Assembly (NCBI GenBank): GCA_964187785.1
Contig: OZ076409.1
Coordinates: forward strand, 85,624,001-85,688,000
Direction: 5' to 3'
DNA: 64,000 nt
Source: Amphiscolops sp. MND2022
Lineage: Eukaryota
The position numbers were made by a program, and so were the translations under genes. The stretch's first letter is position 1. Each line of letters opens with the position of its first letter. Below the pieces are notes generated by a model, which did no database searches, was not told where the DNA came from, and saw nothing but the letters and a program-made list of their open reading frames with translations. This document shows positions 26,050-39,699 of the stretch, piece by piece.

Positions 26050-29000
26050 TGTAAGATTTTTGGAATTTCCAGCAGCTTTAACTATTTGTTGAGAATAGCT
26101 CCACTACAAATCAATTAAACCCGTAGGTACCATGCACGAGACAAGGACTGGCAGAGTATCTACATAAATTTATTTTAACTCCGAAGAAGAGACGAATCAA
26201 CTTAATCGGAGGCGGTGGGGGTAAGTGTGACAAGGAAATCACGATCTTTGCAACCTTGTTCTTATACCGTCTTCCAGGGGGTTTGTCTCGCTACTCTTAG
26301 GCTGTTTTAGAGTATCTTTTCGCTGATGAAAAGAAGCAGTTTGAATGTTAATTAATACACAACAAATAAATTAGGCGATTAAGAAACAAACACAATTTCA
26401 CAACCACGAATAATAGAATAAATACAGGAATAATACTTGAGGATTATACGGATAATATTGAAAGGCATATACCACAAGAAAACGATAAGCAGGGGTTTCA
26501 GCAAGGTTACGTTTTGTATCCGTGAGGATGGAGGTGATATCGAAGATATCGGAATATGCAACTCGCCGCAGAATTCTATCGGTCTTGGAGTGAAAGCGAT
26601 CAGTGAATTCGAGGGCCACTGAACCCGTATTACATGTAGAGTCGATAGGCCAACTGTCCACCCTGCTGCCGGGTCAAGATTCGTACTAAGGGATGGCGGA
26701 TCGGCGATCAAACAGGCAACTTCTAGAAGAAGGCACGGGCGTCACGGCCAATCAAAGTAACTCTGCAATCTTGATAATCCGGTGCCTGATGCGGAACGTA
26801 TCGACGACGCAAAGTATCCACCGCTTCTCTAGATTCAAATCGCCTTTATACTAGTCAATAGGCCAACTGTCCACCCTGCTGCCGGGTCAAGATTCGTACT
26901 AATGGATGGCGGAACGGCGATCAAACAGGCAACTTCTAGAAGAAGGCACGGGCGTCACGGCCAATCAAAGTAAATCTGCAATCTTGATAATCCGGTGCCT
27001 GATGCGGAACGTAAAGACACCGTAAAAACTGCCAACCGTCTTCTAGAGATGGATTCACTCTGTGTGTCGCTAAAATAGCGCACAATTTGGCCAAAGTTAC
27101 TTTTTCGGCGGTTTAGTCATATCAATATTCATAATTCATCATCTTTCCTTTTTGGGAGCCTGACTAAGTGCTGAGCAATACAGTTTTTCCTACTTCGGTA
27201 CTAAAATTTCATCAGAAGTACGTTTTCTCAGCACGACTCAGTCCTGGTTCCACCTTCTTGTCAATCATGACTAGTGTTTTTACTTCGTTTTCAAAAAGAT
27301 TTAAAGGGAGGTGTTACTGACTCAATTTTTCCACTTTTGTAAGCACGACTTGAACTTCTGCTTACTGAATGACATTTGCACTTTTTGCCAGGCCTGTTTT
27401 TCTCACACGGCCTCTGACAACTCTCTTCAGCAAAGAATGGCTGAAGGAAAAAATTTCCAACAATTTACAATGACCTAAAAGGCGATTTTATTTCATATGT
27501 CAAAAAGTCGATTTTTGTGTTACCATTTTGAAGGGCAAAAACTAAATGTTTCTGTCTCGGGGGGCTAAAACCAAGTACACTTGAAAAGTACTCTTCAAGG
27601 GCTACAAAAGCTTACTCCATAGTCAACTTTCTATTTCAACTCTTTCAAGGTGAAAAATGCACTTGAATTTGGTAGTCGAAAATCACTTTTTAATTTCCAG
27701 GCAAATCTCAAAATTGGAGAGCTCATGCTCAATTAATTTAAAAGATACAGGCTGGGGCCCATATACACCGTTAGCCCAAGCTACTAGGAGTATTTTGCAC
27801 TTTAGATGAGGTCTCTAGCTTGTTTTAACAAAATTTGGTGACGCTTTTTCTGAAAGGGACCATTTTTCGAAGTTTCGTGACCTGACCTCCAACTTTAGAG
27901 GTCAATATCTCAACACCAGGTCACTTTTCGGGAAAACGCTTCCGCTAAACGCTGTGCGACTGACTCCTGTGCGTCTACCCTGAAAGTTTCAGCTCGATAT
28001 CGCCCAAAACGTGCGGGGGGGTGTTCGCATTTTGGTAAGTCGATTTCAGTACTGACAACAAAAATTCTCTACTTACAATTCTTGGGGGTTTTCGCTAGCA
28101 TGCCGCAGCACTCTATTTATTGTTTCATTCACTCCTCCACTTCAATTCTCAAGTACGCTGCAAAGGGGGCGGCTATTGTGCGCTTCTACGTTGAGTACTA
28201 AACGATAACACGCGAAAAACGGCTATATATGTTATTTCAGGGCCTTTTTTAACGTTTGCTGAGGCAAATCTCAAAAACTACTAAATATTATTTATTTTCA
28301 TTCAACACAAGTTAGGACAGTCATTTATGCTTAATTTAGGCCATATCCGAACATTTTCTAACAACTGTAGCGATCACACGGAATTTGTAAAGGAAACTCA
28401 TTTTTGGAAAATCGTCAAAATTTTACACGCACTTATTTTCAAAGCTTCCCCCCAATATGTTCCCGGGGTCGAACAAAGCTCATTTTCTCAACTTGAGCTC
28501 TGCTTGGACGGGCTGTTGAATGGTGAAAACCGTTTGTCGCTATCTTTTTTCATCTTCGAGAAATCGGGTTTTGATTTTTAATTTCTAATAAGAGGGGGAA
28601 TTATTTCAAAGTGTGCGGCGGCCGTTTTCTTATTAGCTACGCGTACAGCCACTCACAGCGCGTTCTAAGTTTCATTCCTTTCGCTTTCTGACACGCTTTG
28701 GTGAGCTGTATTCATATGCTCATAGCACACAAAACGAAGTTTCACTCTCGCTTACCCTCCAATACATGTATTAACATAGCAATTTGACTTCATTTCTGTT
28801 CACGGTAAATTATGACTTTTAGTGCATTTCCTGTTGAACCTCGTTCTTGCAAAGTTCCTACATGTTTACTCAACACGTAGTCAGGTCAAAAAGGGACATT
28901 TTGGTGGTTTACTTTTTCTTATATTCGCAATAGGTATCGAGAAATTCAATAATAAAGTTTCGTTCCGCTTAGAATTTTCTTTCATAGGTTTAGGTGGTGG

Positions 29001-29238
29001 CGGCCGTCTTATTGCATTAATACGTTGTGCGGCCGCTTCATAGCAGCTACGATTGGTTATTTTGGTTGTCCGCTTGACTAAAGGCAATATTATTGACATT
29101 AAACAATAATGTGAGGCACTTGAAGTACTTATTGTAATCTTTACTTTTATGCGATATTACCTCCGGATTTACTACCTTGCTGATGAAATAAAGTTTAATA
29201 AACACCATAATCATGAGCGAAAAGTCAAAAATCCTACA
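26050..29238 (-). repeat. 5' LTR (3189 bp) with an internal duplication (26641-26800 and 26854-27013)
   Basis: Same termini as the 3' LTR; about 210 bp extra from a local duplication. Confidence 0.95.
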
Positions 29239-30229
29239 CTTTCCGTTACAAGAATGTAAAATTGCATTAAAGTACCAAATCTTTTTTTTTGTGCGGCCTC
29301 TTTCGTGTATAAGAAACTCATAACACGTTGTTGCTAATTTCCTTAATTGTGCATAAGTTTTTTGTGCATTAGCGTGTGTACTGGAACAATATCTCGAGTG
29401 CAGCAAGTTTTGTGTTCAGGTCGAAAGTTGATTACCAATTTCCTGTGAAATGTACTGAGAAGGAAAACTTGAAAATTGAGGAAGTTTTCCTGACTTATCT
29501 TTTCCTGTCTCGAAGGGAGGCCGAGCTGAACATTGTGTGAAATAAATGTGTGGGAAGTTTTGGGAAAGTAGAACGTATTGATTTCTCGTGCGGAAACCGC
29601 AATACATCAGAAGTCAAGAAAATTCGGTTTCCTTTTTTCTATTTCGTGGGACGCCTTACAGACGTTTCCTAACATGACTGCATGACTGAGGCGACCAGAA
29701 TACGAATCGACTAAAACTTTTTGTGAAAATCTTCCCAGCTTTCACCAGCAAAGGATATTCATGTCCAAGCGCATAAGACACCCAACAGTCATCATTGATG
29801 GCACAGCCCTTATTCCAATTCATAAGCTAATAAAACCCCGTCTTTATTTCAGTGACAACGCAGGTTGCACGATAACGGGATCCCTTAAAACTAATAAAAA
29901 ACAAATTCGTATTAAGTGCTCAGTCAAACCATGTACCGACTGGAAAAGGAAGTGACTCATCCATCGACTCACCCGATTCAACATAAACAACACTAAGAGA
30001 TATGACTACTCTGACTGGTTACTCGAAACTCCAATTTTCCGACGCCCTCGTCAACTCAGCACCATACCCGAAACCTACATTCAATACCCCGACTACTATT
30101 GTGACTACAACACCGACACGTACGATAAGGACAAGCTTATGTTTAAACAAACTATCGACGTACCGTTGCACAACTTTATCAAACAGCTAACAAACGGGCA
30201 TTATTCCTCGTGGACGCAGGAGCATTAGT

Positions 30230-33200
30230 CAACTGCCTCCCAGAAAACGAGTATTTGAAGCTTCAAGCAATGAGTCTTCCCAATATCATGCACGAATTGT
30301 ACCTTCCCAACGTTTCACTTCAGGTCGCGAATACAACAAAGAGGCTCCATTAAGGAGAGTCCAACCCTTGTTCGAAATTGGGCATTGGACCTTTAAAGGC
30401 AGGATCAATAATGCCACTGAAACTACAGCGTCCATTCTGGCGCTGACCTTTTTTCAAAAAACAACAGTGCAATTACTGACATTAGCCAACGTATTCTGCA
30501 TTCCCCCATTTAACGTACGCACTCAACTCAGACTCCTGTTCGACAACACAAAAACAACGCAAGTTAAATCCGCAGTCGGGTCTCCAACCTACCAGACGAA
30601 TGCCGCACAAAAGAACAAAATCTAAACTAGAAATCAGGTTAGGCGTTAGGTCAACCCCCCAACACCGCAGCATTCGAATAGCTGGCACAAAACCACTGGG
30701 ATCAAGTGATAACTGATATCGATGAATTTTTCGAAATCACTGAAAAGCCGGTGACCCACAAAAATTCTGGTTCTCCACGTCGGAGAACCCAGGATATCCC
30801 TCCAATTATACTCCTATCCAATGAAGAATCCTGAACAAAGGATCCCGGAAGAACTTGGTGAATTCAACGACATTGAAAAAATTAACGTCCACACCCAAGA
30901 TAAAAATAGAAATCCTGGTCGACTGCAAGGGGCAGATTTCACAACTTATAGAACAACAACGAAACGACAACGGAGATACTTGTAAAGTATGGTAAGATCT
31001 TTGCAAGGTACCTGCCAAACATGGGCCATAATAACAAATTCTAAAAATACTCACCTTAAGAAGAGAAAACCCCGATGTTCGCTTGTCCTGTTTGTGTGCA
31101 GGAAGACCTCACAGCGGAACTCTGATGCGTTATTACGGCAGCTTCATCACATTACTCTTTAGCAAGTACGTGAGTCCCATCTTCGCGCAACAAAAAAACC
31201 AATGGACGCCTCAAAGTGCAAGTTGACCTCAATGAGATCAACAATTTGGTTACCGATGAATACATGAATGATTGGCATCCGTGAGCATAATGTCTGAAGC
31301 CGCACAAGATCATGCTGACAAGAACCGATTCTGTAACTTGGGTTGCTCGCAACCCGATCTTGCACTGCAAGTGACAGATTGCAAATCGGTTGAGCTCCTA
31401 GCATTGATTTTTCCAAGAACGATCGTTATTTACCTTGGCACAAACGCTCAGTTGGTATCACTCTTTTTCTCCAGTCACAATCCAGAGAACATGTCTGTCG
31501 AGGCATCGAAGCGGTTACGTGTGCTGAATACGTATGCAGACGATATCGTGATAGTCACAACAGCTGCTGGCAATTTGCAAGACAACCTGCGTGAGGTCGC
31601 TCAATGCATCCGATAAGCAGGCCTGTGTCTAACGATGACAAAATGCCAGTTGGGTGCCCGGAAAGTCCAATTTTTGGACGAACAGTCTCTTCTGATGAAA
31701 TAGCGCTGCAGAAAGAAAATTGCCCCCAAATCTCAATGTCGCAAAAGAGAAAAGTTTTGGCTGCGTCAAATGTTTTGCAACGACATAATCTCCTAACCTC
31801 CGAAACAGTAGCTCCGTTCCTTGAATATGTCAAATCTGAGAAACCAATCAAAATCACCAACCAAATAGTAGAAAGCAAAAACAGAGCATTAGACAATACA
31901 TGCGGACTCTGGCTGAAACAGCCGTAAGTGAACTGCCAGTTTGCGCTAATGACCAACGCTAACTTCAAATACGCCCGGTATGCCCTGATGACAGAAGAAA
32001 GAACCTTACAAAAACGTAAGTCCGTGTTGACCTTGTATCAAAGACTTCTTCATCATCACAGATCTAAATGGTATACCTTTATGGTGTACAGCCAAAATCT
32101 GTGTCTCGACGAAACAGGTCATCGTCCTAACGGACAACAAATTGGTGACCAGATTCCCTCTGCATTGTGGAGTACCTGGGACGTTGTCAACACGGCATCA
32201 ATACTGCAGGCGGCTTGCTTGTCGGCACATCGACCACATCTTGTCGGCACATCTACCCCAGAGATAAGGTCCAACTAACGATACGAGATGAAGTTCGCAC
32301 AACGACTTTCCAGGCGAAAATTTGATGTCACAGAAGAAGAGCAATTCTAATTTATGCACGATGACAACCTGGAACCTCAGGAATAAATATGAGAGCGTAA
32401 ACTCCAACCCCGAAAAAAGGTAAATAACCAGTCAGCTGCCCCAAGCAACTCGGTTGATCAAGAGAAGAACGAACCAACAGCAGAGAAGTATCAATTCCTT
32501 TAAGAGACAGAATTTCTAAGACTAACGTTGCCAACAAACTCAGAGAACCTCAACCAGGCGAATCGAGGACACTTGAGACATCACCAGGATTAAGATTCCA
32601 TCTTTCGCAATTTCAAATTACCGTTCTATAAGGAGCAATAGGATAATCAATTGCGAGTCAATGACCCCACAGAGCTTTGCAATACTCATCAGAAGAAACG
32701 CGAATTGTCCTCAAGGATGGACTGCTGTACCGGAATTATTACGGGTAAACTGGCAGTATAAAGTACCTCCATGGATCACTACCTAAACTTTTGGTAGATG
32801 AAATAAACGCCCACCTTCGCCTAGCAAACAGACACCGGGGCATAGCTAATGTAATCTAACAGTGTAAAGGAAAACACTACTGCCCAAAACTAGCGTCCCG
32901 GATATGACATCCATGAATGCAAAATGCGTAATGACTGCTTTACCGCACCGCCGATGGTGAACACGTCCAAGTTAGCCCCTGGCCCTCAAGATGCCCTACA
33001 GATGGACATTGTTCCCTTTACCGAGTCCTCAGGAGGGCATACTGCAATCGTTGCTGCCATGCAACTTGGCCTTTTTGAGATAACTGTTCGCCTGAAATGT
33101 AACGTCTACCGATGCAGCAACAGTAGCTGTGTGTTGGTAGATATAATGACACGTAAAGACAATAGTCATAATTGACAAAGGTATCCGAATCATGTTTTAA

Positions 33201-34050
33201 TGCATGGCAGATGTCGCTAGAGTCTTGAGTATTCAAGTGTGTCGGGCCACAACAGCATGCACAGACGATAGCAATGCTTGGGTTTTGCTGCGCATCTGTA
33301 AAGGAGACACCCAAGATTTTCACAGGCGAAAAGTGCACGATGTCCGTATAGTTCAATTTGTCCGTATAGTTGATCTTAGCTACAATACGACCTATCACAC
33401 GGTATTGGAGTACAAACGTAGTCACGGGTTACATGGAAGGATTGTATACAAAGTCCTGAGCATTATATCGGGTTGCGACAGCCTGACCAGCAGAGCATCG
33501 GGAGACGGAATACGCCGCGAAAAACAACATATCAATGAAACGGTTTTTAAAAAGCTTTTGCTATGATGCCACTCCAAAACACCCGGGTACTGGATCATGC
33601 ATCGTGGTCAAGACTGTGCAAATAACAGCTAGTTTAGCACCAGTTTCAAACTCAGTTCACCCAGATTCCTCACGGAATTCGCCTCAAGCAATGCCCGAGT
33701 AACAAAAGATTACCTTTTACCTAAACTTCCAGTCTAAGGACAACCATCCAGAAACCGAAGTAAAAGTACTCCATGACGACCTGTTTGCCTTAGCATGGCA
33801 TTCTAGCTGTGGAGATTTCGTCACAACCCCCATCAGTAAACCAACTGACGAAACATATTAGCAACTGACATCTCAATGAGAGAAGGAACAATAAATGAAG
33901 ATCTCCAGGATCTGACTAAGATCGACCCTGAATGTAAACCAAAGCCCTGAAATTCTTAGCAGGAAGTGAAACTAATGAAGAATCAACGGCAAATTCACCT
34001 CCTAGAGACAATAATCACATACGATCTAACCCCCATCAAACGGCAAAAAT
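30230..34050 (+). pseudogene. Heavily decayed Ty3/Gypsy pol (PR-RT-RNase H-IN)
   Basis: PNGRLKVQVDLNEINN (about 31200), YADDIVIV (about 31530), QMDIVPFTESSGG (about 33000); colinear with the pol at 47.5-52 kb; many disruptions. Confidence 0.8.
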
Positions 34051-37000
34051 GACTATGCCTTTTAATTCAAAAGCACTTGGTCCGGAATTATAGCTACAAA
34101 CTAATTACTCATAGCAATTACGCTATTGTTTCTCTGTCTGAGAAAATGGGATCGAGTAGTAAAAAATGTATCAGCGCGTGCCCCTTTCTTAAGGTGCTGT
34201 TCTTTTATTTTTCGAATAATTCTGTTGTCTTTTTTCTTTTCAATAGTTTTTTCGTGGACTTTGCTCTCAGTCCCATACAACCTACTCCAGAGAAGTAACC
34301 AATAGAATGGAAAAGAAAGAGAGCAATGAAAAAATACACTACACTCGAATCTAAAAGTTTACCAAAGTTCAATAGTTTCATTTAGAGTCTGCAAAACAGA
34401 AATACTTCGGCGACATTTGCTTCTTCGAGCCAGATGCGGCCCCTGAAAGAACTGTCGCTTGTGCGATGAGTCAAGGAGAGAATCGTAGAAACAGCGTTCT
34501 TTTCATACCGCGTGGAACGCACTTTGGTAGATGGCTGAGCCTGTCGCTCAGGAGTAACTAGATCTGAAGTTGAGCCAGCAGGCTGTTGTCCCCTTTAAGC
34601 TGTTTCTTGCGAAAAAAGTTGAGATTGAACTTGATGAATGGAAAGGATAGTTCAAAACACTCCGCAACTCCGTTGGAAGTTCAACAAGAATCAATTATCA
34701 CAAAACAGGAACCCCAAATAGGTTTCTCGATGACTGTTGTTCATAGAGACTGGAAATTCGGCACACGTATGCAAACACCCAACACGCACACTGCCATCCG
34801 TACCTTAAAACCCTTTGTAAAGGGGATTAGGAATTTAGTTTCGTATGTGAAAACGTTTAGGAATTAGTTTGCGACTATGCTTTCCTAAACGTTTACAAAA
34901 GTTGTCTCTAGGTCTTCCGAGTTCGTAGGAAGGACTTTGTTTAAGTTTTATTTTTATAAAAAGAATTTGAATTAGTTCGAGTAAGCAAGAAAACGAGCAA
35001 GAATACAATACAAGCAATAAAATACAATCATCCAAACTGATACAAATACCCAATCTAAAATATCAGATTTATTTAACATTTATTGAATACAATAATCAAT
35101 GAGTTTAAGAAAGCAATGATCAGATAAGTTGTTTAATATTGTAAAAACTGTAATTTCCGTTTCTTATATGTCAACAATTTGTAAAGACGACGGGTACTGA
35201 CTTTGTCAGATTTTTAGTCTGTTCAGACTTTGTTTTTTCTCCTAGTTTTCTCAACAATATAGTGAGATGGACTAAGTCTTTTGACAACTTTGTGACAATT
35301 TTGTCAACATCTCTAGCTTATAAGAAGCTGAGGAATTAAATAGATAAGTTTTGACCTATATGACCAGCAATAGCTAGGTCGAAGACAGAGTTGTCCAGAG
35401 CTAAGACTTCGGAGGAGTCTTGCGAGTCTATGTAAAATGAAGGTCTTGTTTAAGCAGCGTATAGCTAGGTTTTGCGTTTGGACAAGCGTGCCAAAGGCTC
35501 GAACTTAAGGTTCGCCACAGTATTGCTAAGAGTTTAACCTATGTGACTAGCAGTGGCTAAGTCAAAAGGAGACAAGATTGTCTACTGTCAAGACTTAGAG
35601 GAAGTCTCGCAAGTCTAAGTGGAGTAAAAGACTTATTCAACCAGCGATTAGCTAGGTTGCTTTTTTGGACAGAATTGTCAGATGGCTGCTCAATACTTCA
35701 AAAATTTACATGCATTTTAGTTTTATTTAAGTTACTTCAGACTAGCGTTTGCTAAGTCTTGACGCGATAGCGTACTCCAAAAATAAGATAAGTCACGAAT
35801 TGAGAAGCTGGGTTTTGGAGTTTTTAGCTCAAAATAAATTTTCCTATGATTTTAAAAGAGAACCTTGTTGGTTAAACTTGTTCAGTCGATTTGACTGTGG
35901 ATATATCGTCATAAAGACAGGCAAAAAGAAAAAAAAGAAAGAAACTTTGGCGTCAACAATTGAAAGAATTCGAATACGAGTTCAAGAAAGTTAAACAAAG
36001 TAATTCTAGCACCGATGAAACATTTTTTCTTGAAAATGTTTTTAAATTTTAAAATGAATGAAAAGTTGTGTTAAACACAACAACTCACCCGAGGTTTTAG
36101 AATGATTAGGTTGTAAAGGGGGCATACAGGGTGTTTATGACTTTTACTTCAAAAATATGGAATTAATTTTCAGCCAAGGGTTCTCTGAGTTTATGAGTTC
36201 ATCAAGGGGGATGAAACACAAGATAGTGACATCTGTATTGCTGGATGTGTGCATGGGTTTTTAAAAGCACTCACTGTTGTTGATGTTGTTTGTCACAATG
36301 AGCTGTTTGTACGGCTTGGATATGTTTTCTTGACCTAGAAGGTGTATCTCGACAACGCCTTGAAAGGGCCAAGTGAGGATTTCATCGTAGAGTGCAGGAC
36401 ACATAGCCAAGCTAATTGACATGGACTTGCTAATGGCAGAATCGATTCAAAAGGGGTAGGCTCGTAAGTGAAAGGTATAGCCAAGGGGGTTGCGAGAAAA
36501 ATATGGGGCTGAAAACAAAACTGTTGGGGTCACAATAGGCTGCTCTAACATGGGACAAGCTTTTTTCGTTTTTCTCAGCATTTTTCAAAATGTCTGTAAA
36601 CTGGTCAAATCATCAGATGATTTTAAATACGTCCAGTCCTGTGGGATTTATCTTTTTTCAATGCGTAGAATACGCATTTCCATTGCGTCGAGTCTTTTGC
36701 TTACCTCATGTGTTTTGTTAGATTCTAAGGTTTCCTCTGAATAGGGGGTGATGTTTGCCTTCCGTCGGAGTAGAAGCATTTCGTTGATTAGAGAATCCGT
36801 AAGAGACCTTTCATCTTCCAATTACTCAATGATGGTATATGAGCTTGTATTCATCTTGAGTTGTTCTGAAATTTAGAGAAAACCACGTTAAATAAATGCT
36901 GAATTATTTCTAAGAGGTACTACGATTCTTTGGTAGCCCAGAACCGGATTTTCTAGTGTAAATTTTTGACGGTTGGGGTCCCAAAGCACAATATTCTACT

Positions 37001-37476
37001 GATTAAACTCGCATTTTAGAAGATAGTTAAGGTCGAGTTGGATTCGAGGGTTTCGGGTAAAGATACATCCATTTGCGGCTTCCTCGTTTTTCCGTTGTCG
37101 CCGTAGTGAATTGTTGAAGGAAAAGGAAGCCTTTCGCTTCTTGTGGGAAGGTTTGATGGGTGACAGATGAAGTGGTTTAGCGGGCGATGGGGTTGTATTC
37201 AGATTGCTAGATGGAGTGGGTGGTACTGTTTTGACACCGCCTTCGGTTGAAGAAAATCGACATCTGACAGCGAAAGAAGTGGAAGTTCGGGCAAGTCGCT
37301 ATTGTTGGTTTTAGATTCGTCTATTAGTGTTTCAATTTCTACCGCGATGGATTTTTCGTTTGTCATTTTCCGGGTACTAAACATAGAAAAATGTTATACT
37401 GGTGAAAGAGTGTGGATGGTTGACGTGGGGGTCTTTTTATGGCCGGATAAATATGCTCGAGGGTTTCGTGTGTGTT

Positions 37477-39375
37477 CTAATTTTTATCTGGTGGGGTATT
37501 TGAGATCATGGGGTCATGATTGGGAACTTGATTGAGCGCTGATATCATTGAAACTGTGAATAAGTTATAGGTCGCTGTGAGAAGTATTTTACCAATACCC
37601 CAAGAAGCTCCTGTCACTCGGTGTAGTTCGAATGAGCGGAATGTTATGACAATCACATTAACCAAGAGTTTGATAAGGAGAAATCCTCCAAACCATTGTC
37701 CCAATTTGCTAAACCAATATTCGAAGATACCAAAAGTGCTGATAAACTGTTCTTTGAAATATCCAGGAGATATCACATTATCCACGTAGAAATCAATACG
37801 TGGTGCATAATAGCCAAACTCATCGGGTCCTTTGTTGGAGGATGAAGGTATAATGAGATCTGGTGAAAATTTGTGCAAAGCATTTCTAGAAGCTGCGCTG
37901 ATCAGGATATGTCCCAAATATCACTGAGTTGTCCCTTTGTGTACCTTCCTGCTTCCTGAGATTCATCGAAAGCATATTTAGTGAAAGGAGAGATCTCTTT
38001 CGGGCAAAAGATGGCAGGTCTGTCTCTACGTGCAGGTTCTGGGTTTAACGAAAACCAAGAGTCTTCGTCCTGCATTTCTAGTTAGAAGAGGTTTTTAATT
38101 CTGTCTGAGTAATTCTGAGTGTTTGCATTAGTGTAAGTTTGTCGGGTGATGGGATCAACGAACTGAATTTGTCCTTTGTAGAGGATGGGAATTTTTGAAA
38201 ACAGTTACTCATCACGTGAAGGGGTGATGAAATCAAGGGACAAGAGTGAGGCGATGCGAGGCGGCTGCCATCAGTCTGAAGGAACATAGATAAGTTTCCT
38301 GTTAGCATAAATCTTGCGAGACGCTGATTTTCCAAAAAAGGCATTAATATGGTGAAAATTTGAGTTCGCTCTTGTTCGCACTGATGTTTCAACATCCGAA
38401 TCTCGGAAAACTGCAGTGCTCGAGTGCTTTCGAAGAACAAATTATCTCAATTTGGTGTCGACCTGCATTTCGTAGTCCATATGGAGCCAGGTTTTCACAT
38501 ACTTGTCTTTAACAGAAGCGTCTCTGTAGAATACAAAAAGTCCAGGTTTTCCAGAGTTATCTGTGGAGTATTGGAGTGTATAGGACCCTCTTGTCATTCC
38601 CATTTTCCTTCCAGAGGCCATGTCGAATCCACCAGTATGACGATATACCTTATTACGATATACATAGACTCGTAGTAGGTGGGATCTACATCGTTTGATT
38701 TATTGCAGAACTTCTGGTGGTAGTTCTTTACCTCGAACAAAAATTACTATGTAGAGTCGTTTGTAATCAACATGTGATATCTGTTTTCGTTTTTAGTCAC
38801 ATTTACGTTGTGGACTGTTCCATCTTTCAGTTTTACTGGTAAGGTGACTACTTGTACGAGGCTCTCAAAAATATCTTTAGTCATCCAAGATCTTCCAGTG
38901 CAGTGGTTTCTGTTTTCAATGCTTTTATTCCCATTGGTGTAGGATTGGATCAGTTTCGTCCCTCTCTCGAACTGGACCATGTGACCTAGTATTTGAATCT
39001 TTCTTTCTTCTCTTGCTCTTCGGCATTGTTCGGGACTCAAATCAATGTCACTAGTGATTGTGTTCTGTCCTGCATCTATGCTTACATGGTTGTTGTATCT
39101 ACAAGGCCATTTTAATTGACTGTGTTTCAGGCGGCACATAGTAGCGTTAAGTTCTGTTCAAAAGTGCGTTGAATAGATGGTAATGATAGCTGGGTTGATT
39201 TCAATGTTTTCAAGAGATACATGGCAGGGTCTCACTTGGTTTAGTGCATATAAATTGTTCTCAGTCTTTCCTCCACAATCATAGTGTGATACACTTAGTC
39301 GTCCACGTTGGGGTTGGGGAGAGCTTTAATCTAGGAGTAGCACTTAACGAGTATTGTGTAAAAATTTCTGCACAT
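37477..39375 (-). pseudogene. env-like glycoprotein pseudogene, class III fusogen-like (chuvirus GP / herpes gB-like pattern)
   Basis: N-terminal HYDC...RPC, MCRLKH...WPC, CEQERTQI...ENQRLARFMLTG, frameshift-corrected C..PILYKGQIQFVDPITRQT, C-terminal hydrophobic segment WFGGFLLIKLLVNVIVI. Confidence 0.7.
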
Positions 39376-39699
39376 TTTTGATTTAGAGGGGTGATTTTTG
39401 GTATTGTAAAAACTCCATTGTTTGAGGGACAATGGTTTAGAAATCAGGAGGAAGAAAAATTTCAATGGTAGCTAGCTAACCGAGTGTTGTTGGAGTCGAA
39501 TTTGACTATCAGTTGAAATCAAAGTTGATTTGATTGTTGAGGATCGTTTTCAGAGGCTGAAAAAAAACAAGTATTGTCTAATCTCTCCAACCAACTGAAA
39601 ACTGAATAGGGAATAGGTAGTTTTGCTAACCAATTAAACAGATTTAGTCAATTCGACTACTGCTTTAGTTGAGGTTGATTGGAAAACTGAGAAGTAATT

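Larger units (their letters stand above)
17608..29238 (-). mobile_element. 11.6-kb Gypsy-type LTR retrotransposon, non-autonomous (gag and integrase only)
   Basis: TG...CA LTR pair, 5-bp TSD CTTTC (17603-17607 and 29239-29243), empty site AAACTTTCCGTTAC in paralogous units, PBS and PPT present. Confidence 0.95.
1..30230. repeat. Tandem segmental duplication, basic unit about 5.8 kb, at least 3 copies, extending past the left edge
   Basis: Window start CACTTCAGTTTGTTTTCGTG recurs at 10663 and 16480. The junction GGAGC(T/A)T(T/C)AGTC|CGGTACG occurs at about 2000 and 12800; at about 30230 the same sequence runs on into unique DNA. Confidence 0.95.

Noticed and set aside
26320..26350. Hammerhead ribozyme core CTGATGA in the LTR
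   Set aside because: No convincing stem II or GAAA, and the core reads CTAATGA in the other LTR.
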